Assembly (NCBI GenBank): GCA_041482475.1 | Contig: JBGPDX010000002.1 | Span: 1-44,559 of the forward strand | Direction: 5' to 3' | DNA from: Candidatus Limnocylindria bacterium | GTDB taxonomy: Bacteria; Chloroflexota; Limnocylindria; Limnocylindrales; CSP1-4 | DNA: 44,559 nucleotides | Shown: positions 38,399 through 44,559 of the stretch, one piece after another | How the letters are laid out: the number at the start of each line of letters is the position of its first letter | Numbering within the stretch: the stretch's first letter is position 1 | Made by a program: the position numbers and the translations under genes | Notes under the pieces: model-generated | What the model saw: the letters and a program-made list of their open reading frames with translations, nothing else | What the model was told of the DNA's origin: nothing | The model's database searches: none

Positions 38399-39304
38399 TC
38401 AGCGAGCCTTCCGCGGCGTCGATCCGCCGTCGCCCATGCCCTGCTCGACGAAGCCGACGAACGGCTCGATGAGTCGGGTGAACTCGGTGGGAATGACGAA
38501 CTTCGTGGCCGGGCTTGCGCCGAGGGACTTGAGCGCCTCGAGGTACTGCAGGGCCATCGTCTTCTGGTCGACCCCGGAGGCCGCCTGGAAGATCCTGGTC
38601 AGGGCCTGACTGAAACCCTCGGCCCGCAGGATCGCCGCCTGGCGGTCGCCCTCGGCCTTGAGGATCTCGGACTGCTTCTGGCCCTCGGCGACGTTGATCG
38701 CCGCCTGCCGGGTGCCCTCGGATTCGGTGATCACGGCCCGCCGGGTCCGCTCCGCCGACAGCTGCCGGTTCATCGCATCCTGGACGTCGCGCGGCGGGAT
38801 GATCTCGCGGATCTCGACCGTCGTGACCTTGCCGCCCCAGCGCTCGGTCGCCTCGTCGAGCTTGACCCGCAGGACCTCGTTGATCTGCTCACGCTTGGAG
38901 AGGACGTCGTCGAGCGAGATGTCGCCGATGACGGCGCGGAGGGTCGTCGTCGCCACGCCCTGGAGGGCGCCGGCGAAGTTGGCGACGTTGACGACGCTCT
39001 TGAGCGGATCGTTGATACGCCAGTAGATCAGGAAGTCGACGTTGATCGGCGCGTTGTCACGGGTGATCGTCGTCTGGCTGGGAACCTCGATGAACTGCTC
39101 GCGGATGTCGACGATCTTGCCGCTCCAGACGATTGGGACCAGGAAGCGGAGGCCCGGTTCGCGGACCCATTCCGCCCTCGCCTGACCGAGGCGGTAGACG
39201 ACCATCATGAAACCCTGCCGGACGACCCGAACCGACAGGTAGATCACGACGAGCGCGACGACGATGAGGAACGCGGCGATGGCGGCGATGACGGGGACTT
39301 CCAT
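38399..39304 (-). CDS. SPFH/band-7 (stomatin-like) membrane protein
   Basis: I trimmed ORF 38399..39436 to the ATG at 39304, with GGAGGAG just upstream. The protein has an N-terminal helix, an SPFH core (VPSQTTITRDNAPINVDFLIYWRI) and a coiled Ala/Glu-rich segment. Confidence 0.92.
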   Translation of the reverse strand: MEVPVIAAIAAFLIVVALVVIYLSVRVVRQGFMMVVYRLGQARAEWVREPGLRFLVPIVWSGKIVDIREQFIEVPSQTTITRDNAPINVDFLIYWRINDPLKSVVNVANFAGALQGVATTTLRAVIGDISLDDVLSKREQINEVLRVKLDEATERWGGKVTTVEIREIIPPRDVQDAMNRQLSAERTRRAVITESEGTRQAAINVAEGQKQSEILKAEGDRQAAILRAEGFSQALTRIFQAASGVDQKTMALQYLEALKSLGASPATKFVIPTEFTRLIEPFVGFVEQGMGDGGSTPRKAR

Positions 39305-39318
39305 GACTCCTCCGAACG

Positions 39319-40662
39319 CTAGGCGACTGACGATTGGGGTTCGGGCTCGACCAGCACGGTCAGCCCATCGACGCCGACGATCCTGACCGTGGTCCCGCGC
39401 TCGAGCGGCCGGTCGTCGACGGTCCGGGCGGTCCACTCCTCACCCGCGGCGTAGACCGAGCCGACCGGCTCCAGCGGGCGGCGAACGACGGCCGGCGTAC
39501 CGGTCGGCAGCCGGGCCCCGACGAGCCCCTGGCCGGTGACGATCGACCGGCTCCTGATCGCCGTCATGACGATCAGGGCCATGAAGACGCCGGCCGTGGC
39601 CGTCATGACGACGATGAGCTCGGGCGCGACGCGGACGATCGGCGAGAAGGGATCGCCGGGTTCGGTGTACAGAGCGGAGGCGCCGAGGACGAAACAGACC
39701 ACCCCGCCGACCGCGAGCAGCCCGTGGCTCGTCACCGTCGTCTCGAGCGCGAACAGGACGACTGCGAGGATGAGCAGCAGGAGGCCGGCGGCGTTGAGCG
39801 GGAGGCTGCCAAAGCCGATGAAGGCGAGGATGATCGCCAGCCCGCCGAGGATCCCCGTGACGAAGTTCGGGTTCATCAGCTCGTACAGCAGGCCCAGCGA
39901 CCCGATGCTGAACAGCAGCGCGGCGATGTTTGGATCCGACAGCAGATGGAGGAACGACTGGAACGGGTTCATCGCCAGCTCGCGCGTCGTCGCTCCGGTC
40001 AGGTCGAGTGTGCGCGAGTGCCCGTGGACGTCGACCTGCTTGCCGTTGGCGAAGGCGAGGACATCGTCGAGCGTGACGGCGATGCCGTCGACGACGTGCT
40101 GCGCGACGGCCGAGCTGGCGGGGGCCGACACGGCCTTGTCGACGGCCGACACGGCCCATTCGACGTTGCGATGACGGGCCTCGGCGATCGACGTGATCTT
40201 GGCGATGGCGTCGTTCTTGACCTTCTCGCCCAGCGTTCCCGGGATGTCCTCTCCGCCGCTGCCGACCGGCGACGCCGCACCGATGTTCGTGCCGGGCGCC
40301 ATCAGGGCGATGTTCGCGGCGAGGGTGATGAACGTGCCGGCGCTCGCGGCCCGGCCGCCCGCGGGAGCGACCCAGACGATGGTCGGGATGTCGGCCTCGA
40401 GGATCGCCCCGACGATGTCGTTCGTCGCCTGCAGGTCGCCACCCGGAGTGTTCAAACGGATCACGACGGCGGCGTCGCCGTCGCGCGCGGCGCGGGCGAT
40501 GCCGTCGGCGAGGTAGCCGGCGAAGACGTTGTCGACCACGCCGGTGGCCGGCAGCACGGACACGCGCGGCGTCCCGACCGCCGCGAGATTGCCGGCGAAC
40601 AGGCCGAACAGGCCAAGCGCGGTCGAAGCGGCGAAGATGGACCGGGCGAAGTGCCGGAGCAC
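39319..40662 (-). CDS. NfeD-family membrane-bound serine protease (ClpP-class N-domain, membrane region, C-terminal OB fold)
   Basis: I trimmed ORF 39319..40944 to the GTG at 40662, with GGAGG 10 nt upstream. Supporting features are VVIRLNTPGGDL, AASAGTFI, four hydrophobic helices and a C-terminal NfeD OB-like end. It sits immediately upstream of the SPFH gene, which is the classical pairing. Confidence 0.88.
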   Translation of the reverse strand: MLRHFARSIFAASTALGLFGLFAGNLAAVGTPRVSVLPATGVVDNVFAGYLADGIARAARDGDAAVVIRLNTPGGDLQATNDIVGAILEADIPTIVWVAPAGGRAASAGTFITLAANIALMAPGTNIGAASPVGSGGEDIPGTLGEKVKNDAIAKITSIAEARHRNVEWAVSAVDKAVSAPASSAVAQHVVDGIAVTLDDVLAFANGKQVDVHGHSRTLDLTGATTRELAMNPFQSFLHLLSDPNIAALLFSIGSLGLLYELMNPNFVTGILGGLAIILAFIGFGSLPLNAAGLLLLILAVVLFALETTVTSHGLLAVGGVVCFVLGASALYTEPGDPFSPIVRVAPELIVVMTATAGVFMALIVMTAIRSRSIVTGQGLVGARLPTGTPAVVRRPLEPVGSVYAAGEEWTARTVDDRPLERGTTVRIVGVDGLTVLVEPEPQSSVA

Positions 40663-40685
40663 GCGAGCGGGACCTCCGCGACCAA

Positions 40686-41273
40686 TTATGGCACCGCCCC
40701 CTCGAGCTGCTCGAACACGATCAGGCTCCACGTCTCGAGCTCGGCCGCCACGGCGGCGACGTCGAGCGGCTGGACGAAGTCGCCCGTCAGCTTGTCGGTC
40801 TCGCGGATGGCCACCCGCCGCCCGACGACGTCCGCCGCGTAGACGACTCCCAGGTGGACCCGCCCGACGTCGGTCGTATCGTCGTTGAGCAGCCCGACGA
40901 GACGGAACCCGGGGACGAAGTCGGCCTCGAGCTCCTCGGCCCACTCCCGTCGGAGCCCGCCGTCGAGACCGCCGTCGCCCGGATTGAGGTGTCCGCCCAC
41001 CCCGATCGAATACCGGTCGTGGAGGCGCGCGTCGCCGCCGGCGCGGGTCCGGCGCATGAGGAAGTACCGCGGCCCGTCACGCAGGACGAGGTAGGGAATG
41101 ACCTGCTTGAAGGACGGGTCGCGCTCCATTGCCTCACGCGGCTCGAACTGGCCGGCCGCCTCGATGGTCTGGACGAACCCGGGCACGTTCGTCGTTCGGA
41201 TGCCGTGCCACCCATCGGGCCCCATGACGGCGTTGCGCGGCACGACGTAGACGAGCTCCCGGCTAGCGTCCAT
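40686..41273 (-). CDS. NUDIX-fold hydrolase-like protein
   Basis: I trimmed ORF 40686..41345 to the ATG at 41273. A Nudix-box-like stretch (GVGGHLNPGDGGLDGGLRREWAEELEA) is present with imperfect spacing. The start overlaps the tyrA 3' end by 11 nt. Confidence 0.55.
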   Translation of the reverse strand: MDASRELVYVVPRNAVMGPDGWHGIRTTNVPGFVQTIEAAGQFEPREAMERDPSFKQVIPYLVLRDGPRYFLMRRTRAGGDARLHDRYSIGVGGHLNPGDGGLDGGLRREWAEELEADFVPGFRLVGLLNDDTTDVGRVHLGVVYAADVVGRRVAIRETDKLTGDFVQPLDVAAVAAELETWSLIVFEQLEGAVP

Positions 41274-42141
41274 CGCCACCCTCGTCGATCTCGCGGGCGA
41301 GGAGACGGCGCGCCGCCGCGAAACGGGCCTCGAGGCGCGCGACATCGGGGCCGCCGGGTCGCTCGAGCTCGGCCAGCCACTCGTCGAGCGCGCCGCGCAT
41401 GTCGCGCACGGCGGCGGCCATGAGGTCGGCGTTGGTCGCCGCGATCCCGGCTCCCATGGCCGGATCGCCTCGCGCGAGCCGGGTCATGTCGCGCCAGCCG
41501 CTGGCCGCCAGCCGCCTCGCCGCCGGCGACAGCCCGTCCCTGGCGACGGCCTGCGCAAGCGCCGCCGACACCAGCAGCGGGAGGTGGCTGATGGCCGCGA
41601 CGGCCGCGTCGTGGGTCGTGGCCTCCATCCGGATCGGCACGGCGCCGACCGATCGCGCCAGACCCTCGACAAGCATGGCGGCCGCCTCGGGAGCCGATCC
41701 GGCACAGACGACCCAGGGTCGGTCGACGAACAGGCCGGCGTCGGCGGCCGCGAATCCGCTCGTCTCGCGGCCGGCCATCGGGTGCCCGCCGACGAACCGC
41801 AGCCGGCGTTCGGCCGCGCGCTCGACGATCGCGCGCTTCGTGCTCGCCACGTCCGTCACGACGGCCCCGCCGGCGAGCGACGACCGCAGCGCTCCGGCAA
41901 GGTCGTCGATGAGCCGGAGACAGTCGAGCGGCGGGGCGGCCAGGAGGACCATGTCCGCGCCCTCGAGCGCCTCCGCCGGCGAGCGGGCGGCGGCGTCGAT
42001 CACGCCGTCGGCGACGGCCGCCGCGGGGCCGCGACCGGCCGGCGACCAGGCGGCGACCGACCAGGCCTCACTCGCCCGTGCCCGGAGCGCCCGGGCGACC
42101 GACCCGCCGATCAAGCCGAGGCCCAGAATCGCCAACCGCAT
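41263..42141 (-). CDS. tyrA: Prephenate dehydrogenase
   Basis: The protein has the NAD-binding motif ILGLGLIGGS, the catalytic region FVGGHPMAG and the motif THDAAVAAISHLP. It is 292 aa. GATAAT lies 6 nt upstream of the ATG (42148..42153). Confidence 0.88.
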   Translation of the reverse strand: MRLAILGLGLIGGSVARALRARASEAWSVAAWSPAGRGPAAAVADGVIDAAARSPAEALEGADMVLLAAPPLDCLRLIDDLAGALRSSLAGGAVVTDVASTKRAIVERAAERRLRFVGGHPMAGRETSGFAAADAGLFVDRPWVVCAGSAPEAAAMLVEGLARSVGAVPIRMEATTHDAAVAAISHLPLLVSAALAQAVARDGLSPAARRLAASGWRDMTRLARGDPAMGAGIAATNADLMAAAVRDMRGALDEWLAELERPGGPDVARLEARFAAARRLLAREIDEGGDGR

Positions 42142-42218
42142 CCGGGGATTATCGGTGCTGGGCGTCGCCGACCGCGCTCGCCGGCGCGGGAGCAGCTGCT
42201 ACCACCGCCGGCGGATGG

Positions 42219-42503
42219 TCACTCGCTCCAGCCCCAGTCGCTGCGCTTCTTCGCGTCGCCCCCGACGCGCCGCCGGCGGCGACTCTTGCGACGGTCCTCC
42301 ACGCGGCGCTCCTCGCCGAATGGCGGCCCCGGATCGTGGGGGGCGTTCTGGCGCCGGATGCCGTCCCGCCGTTCCACCTGCCGTCGTTCGGTGTTCAGCG
42401 ACGCGCCGCAGCGGGGGCAGCGTCGCTCTTCGTCGAACAGCGACTCGAGCGGCTCGGTGGTGAAGATGCGCTTGCCGCAGGACGGACAGACGAGCTCGGG
42501 CAT
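42219..42503 (-). CDS. Small zinc-ribbon protein with Arg-rich tail (94 aa)
   Basis: I trimmed ORF 42219..43127 to the ATG at 42503 (MPELVCPSCGKRIF...RRCPRCGASL). The tail is highly basic (RRKSRRRRRVGG). I recognise no family. Confidence 0.55.
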   Translation of the reverse strand: MPELVCPSCGKRIFTTEPLESLFDEERRCPRCGASLNTERRQVERRDGIRRQNAPHDPGPPFGEERRVEDRRKSRRRRRVGGDAKKRSDWGWSE

Positions 42504-42509
42504 GATCCC

Positions 42510-42515
42510 ATCGTA
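42510..42515 (-). promoter_or_regulatory. -10-like hexamer TACGAT, 6 nt upstream of the zinc-ribbon ATG
   Basis: The minus strand reads cgt TACGAT gggatc ATG. Confidence 0.3.
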
Positions 42516-42555
42516 ACGGGCAGGCCCCCGCGCCGCCGCTCCGCGGACGACGGGA

Positions 42556-43368
42556 TCAGTCCCGGCTCGACGCTCGCCGGCGAACCCCGCGCTCGTGGGC
42601 GCGGCGCCGAACGGCCGTCCAGGCGGCGGCGCCGGCGAGGAGCGGCAGGACGACGATGAGCTCCTCGGCGTGGTCCTTGCCGCCCGATTCCGGCCGCGAA
42701 TCGCGATCGGACCGGGGCGACTTCGGTCCGCCATGCGGCCCGTCCGACGAGCACGGTCGGCCGTTGTCGGTCCCCCTGTCGTGACCCGGTGGCGGATTCC
42801 GATCGCCGGGACACGGCGGCCTCGGGTGGTGGCCGTGCTTCGTCGGGCTGGGACGCGGCGTGGGCGGCGGCGTCGGTCGCGGCGTGGGCTCAGGCGTTGG
42901 CTCAGGCGTCGGACGGACGGTCGGTCGCGGCGTGGGCTCAGGCGTCGGCTGCGGGGTCCGAACCGGTGTCGGCCGTGGTGTCGGCGCCGCGGTGGGCCGG
43001 GACGACGAAATGGCCGGAGGGATGGCGGACGGGGTCGCCAGCGCGGCTGGGGTGGGCGTCGGTTCGATCGGGCTCGGGCTGACGGGCGGGCTCTCGAGCG
43101 GCGAAGAGGACGGCGATGGCGACCCACCCGGCAGGCCCGTCTCGAGCGGGCCTGAGGTTCCCGGCCCGCTTCCTGACGGATTCGTCGCCGGAGAGGCGGT
43201 CGTGGCGGCAGCCGCCGACGCCGATGGCAGCGCTGCCGTGTCGCTGCGGTTCGGCCCCGAGGACGGCAGCGTCGGCCCGAACGCCCCGACGGCGAGCGCG
43301 ATCGTCGCCAGGATCAGGTTCAGGATCCCGAGAGCAACGACGAGTCGGGCGCGCTGGGCGATCGTCAC
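42556..43368 (-). CDS. Pro/Thr/Ser-rich repeat protein with hydrophobic helices at both termini
   Basis: The GTG start has GAGGAG 11 nt upstream. The N-terminal helix is LVVALGILNLILATIALAVGAF. The long low-complexity core contains PTPEPTPRPT repeats and a His/Cys/Gly-rich patch. The C-terminal helix LIVVLPLLAGAAAWTAV is followed by RRR. Confidence 0.6.
   Translation of the reverse strand: MTIAQRARLVVALGILNLILATIALAVGAFGPTLPSSGPNRSDTAALPSASAAAATTASPATNPSGSGPGTSGPLETGLPGGSPSPSSSPLESPPVSPSPIEPTPTPAALATPSAIPPAISSSRPTAAPTPRPTPVRTPQPTPEPTPRPTVRPTPEPTPEPTPRPTPPPTPRPSPTKHGHHPRPPCPGDRNPPPGHDRGTDNGRPCSSDGPHGGPKSPRSDRDSRPESGGKDHAEELIVVLPLLAGAAAWTAVRRRAHERGVRRRASSRD
42853..42960. repeat. Imperfect tandem repeat encoding the PTPxPT units
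   Basis: An identical 25-mer, tcggtcgcggcgtgggctcaggcgt, occurs at 42873..42897 and 42921..42945 (48-nt period). Shorter ggctcaggcgt and gcggcgtggg copies lie between them. Confidence 0.7.
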
Positions 43369-43507
43369 AAACGATCGGACTCCTCATCCGGCCGGGGCAC
43401 ACGGGCGGTTGAAGGGGAACCGCGAGCAGGCGGGGATGGTACAACGGTCATCCCGGGAACGGCCGCCACGCCCCGGCCGGCGCGTCTGTCGCGGATGCCT
43501 TCCGCCG

Positions 43508-44149
43508 TCAGCCGCGGAAAGGCGCCTCGTGGATCACGCCGTAGCGGGCGGGTCCACCCCCGGTGAGGCTTTCGAACAGGACGACACGGTCGGCGACGAA
43601 GGCCGTCTGGAACGCCTCCGCGCGCTGGGCGAGGGTTCGCGCAACGAGGGGCCCCTCGCGCCGGCCATCCGCCCGGGCGAGCGTCAGATGCGCCCGCAAC
43701 GGCCGATCGTCGTGCGGCCAGCCCGCCGTCACCAACCCCTCGTCGAGGCGGCGGACCACATCGCCAAGCTCATCCTGCCCCTGGGTCACGGCCAGCCACA
43801 GCGTGCGGGGCCGTGCGGGCGACGGGAACGCGCCGGCGCGGGCGATACCGACGCGAAAGGGCGCCCCTGACGACGCGGCCTGATCGACGATGCCGACGAC
43901 GTCGGCGACCCGGGCGGGGTCGGTGGCCCCCAGGAATCGGAGCGTGAGGTGGAGGCCGTCCATCCGGACCCAGCGAACCTCGGACCGTGGCTCGCGGGCG
44001 ACCGCCTCGACGACCGACCGGACCTCGTCGGCCAGGGCGACGACAGCGCCACGGGCGACCTCGTCGAGGGGCACCGCGACGAACAGGCGTGGGTATCCCT
44101 CGGGCGCTTCCTCGGCGCGACCGAAGGCCGCGCCGCGACCAGCGCTCAC
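43508..44149 (-). CDS. thpR: RNA 2',3'-cyclic phosphodiesterase / 2'-5' RNA ligase family (LigT/ThpR)
   Basis: I trimmed ORF 43508..44533 to the GTG at 44149, which overlaps the upstream stop (GTGA). The two H-x-T-x motifs HLTLRF and HLTLAR are present. Confidence 0.8.
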   Translation of the reverse strand: MSAGRGAAFGRAEEAPEGYPRLFVAVPLDEVARGAVVALADEVRSVVEAVAREPRSEVRWVRMDGLHLTLRFLGATDPARVADVVGIVDQAASSGAPFRVGIARAGAFPSPARPRTLWLAVTQGQDELGDVVRRLDEGLVTAGWPHDDRPLRAHLTLARADGRREGPLVARTLAQRAEAFQTAFVADRVVLFESLTGGGPARYGVIHEAPFRG

Positions 44150-44418
44150 CCCGGCGCGGAGCCCGCGGCCCGCTTCCACGTCTCGCGGTCGGCCTCCGGC
44201 AATTTGCGGGCGCGGTCGTGATCGCGCCGACCCAGGACGTCGAGTGTCTTGTCCTCGAGCAGCTTGTAGGTCTCGAAGAAATGCTCGATCTCGACGAGCC
44301 GGTGCGGCCGAACCTGCTCGAGGCGCTCTAGATGCTGCGGGTGCGCGTCGCCGACGGCGACGGGGATCTCGACGACGACCTCGACGATGCCCGGGAATGC
44401 GTCCGCGTTCGAGCCCAT
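44146..44418 (-). pseudogene. ppa: Inorganic pyrophosphatase remnant (90 codons, central catalytic region missing)
   Basis: The ATG at 44418 is preceded by GGGAGGAGG. The N-terminal FPGIVEVVVEIP resembles the family I PPase start (..DIYVVIEIP). The C-terminal VAVGDAHPQHLERLEQV...IEHFFETYKLLEDK resembles the PPase C-terminus (..HFFEHYKDLEKGK). The roughly 80 residues carrying the Asp-rich active site are absent. The frame is intact with high GC3, so it may still be translated. Confidence 0.55.
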
Positions 44419-44559
44419 GCCTCCTCCCTCGCGATGAGCCAAGTGTAGGTGGCGCGTGACGCGGCCCTGGCGGCGCCCAGCTTCCGGACACACGAAAACG
44501 CCCGAAGGAACTGCTGGGAGGCGATCTCGACACGGAGGCGACGGGCCTTGATGCAATCG

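Noticed and set aside
43365-43451. A 28-codon upstream ORF whose TGA overlaps the GTG of the PT-repeat gene.
   Set aside because: It has no SD. Its GC3 is only about 57 percent by hand count, which is typical of non-coding sequence here.
44419-44559. An open reading frame running off the right edge upstream of the ppa remnant (frame reading ..DCIKARRLRVEIASQQFLRAFSCVRKLGAARAAS..).
   Set aside because: GC3 is fairly high, but the frame would have to run about 95 nt into the ppa remnant before its first stop, and its tail becomes Ser/Arg junk. There is too little sequence to call a gene. This stretch may simply be the promoter region, since TACACT lies at 44442..44447.

Overview
This is a very GC-rich 44.6-kb chromosomal segment; third codon positions are almost all G/C. 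It comes from an unidentified Gram-positive-lineage-type bacterium, and I cannot assign a phylum from sequence alone. I call about 42 protein genes, roughly 36 of them on the minus strand. They are packed very tightly, with many 4-nt ATGA/GTGA/TTGA stop-start overlaps.

The content is mostly core housekeeping:
- ftsA-like gene and alaS
- cysteine desulfurase + mnmA
- typA/bipA
- aspS, hisS and rel
- a polar-amino-acid ABC transporter next to a divergent amidohydrolase
- one gapless string topA-xerC-murJ-femAB-femAB-murE
- comM-dprA
- a REC+CpaE/TadZ-like ATPase
- SPFH/NfeD, tyrA and thpR

I found no rRNA, tRNA, CRISPR array, transposase, prophage, toxin-antitoxin pair or recognisable defence module. 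I do not see a clear-cut new system. The items most worth a second look are:
1. A recurrent TANNNT hexamer 6-9 nt upstream of operon-leading start codons that lack an SD, suggesting leaderless mRNAs.
2. The 8.9-kb overlap-coupled topA-to-murE string, with two FemAB paralogs and a MurE carrying DEDPR instead of DNPR.
3. An orphan receiver-TadZ/CpaE fusion.
4. A 20-codon Lys-rich micro-ORF with a strong SD, absent from the ORF track.
5. An internally deleted inorganic pyrophosphatase remnant coupled to thpR.
6. An ftsA-like gene flanked by two membrane proteins and not next to ftsZ.
7. A 118-aa protein with a disordered linker and a short C-terminal peptide loosely resembling the FtsZ tail.

Most long ORFs in the track are high-GC shadow frames. 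Several real genes needed their N-termini trimmed.
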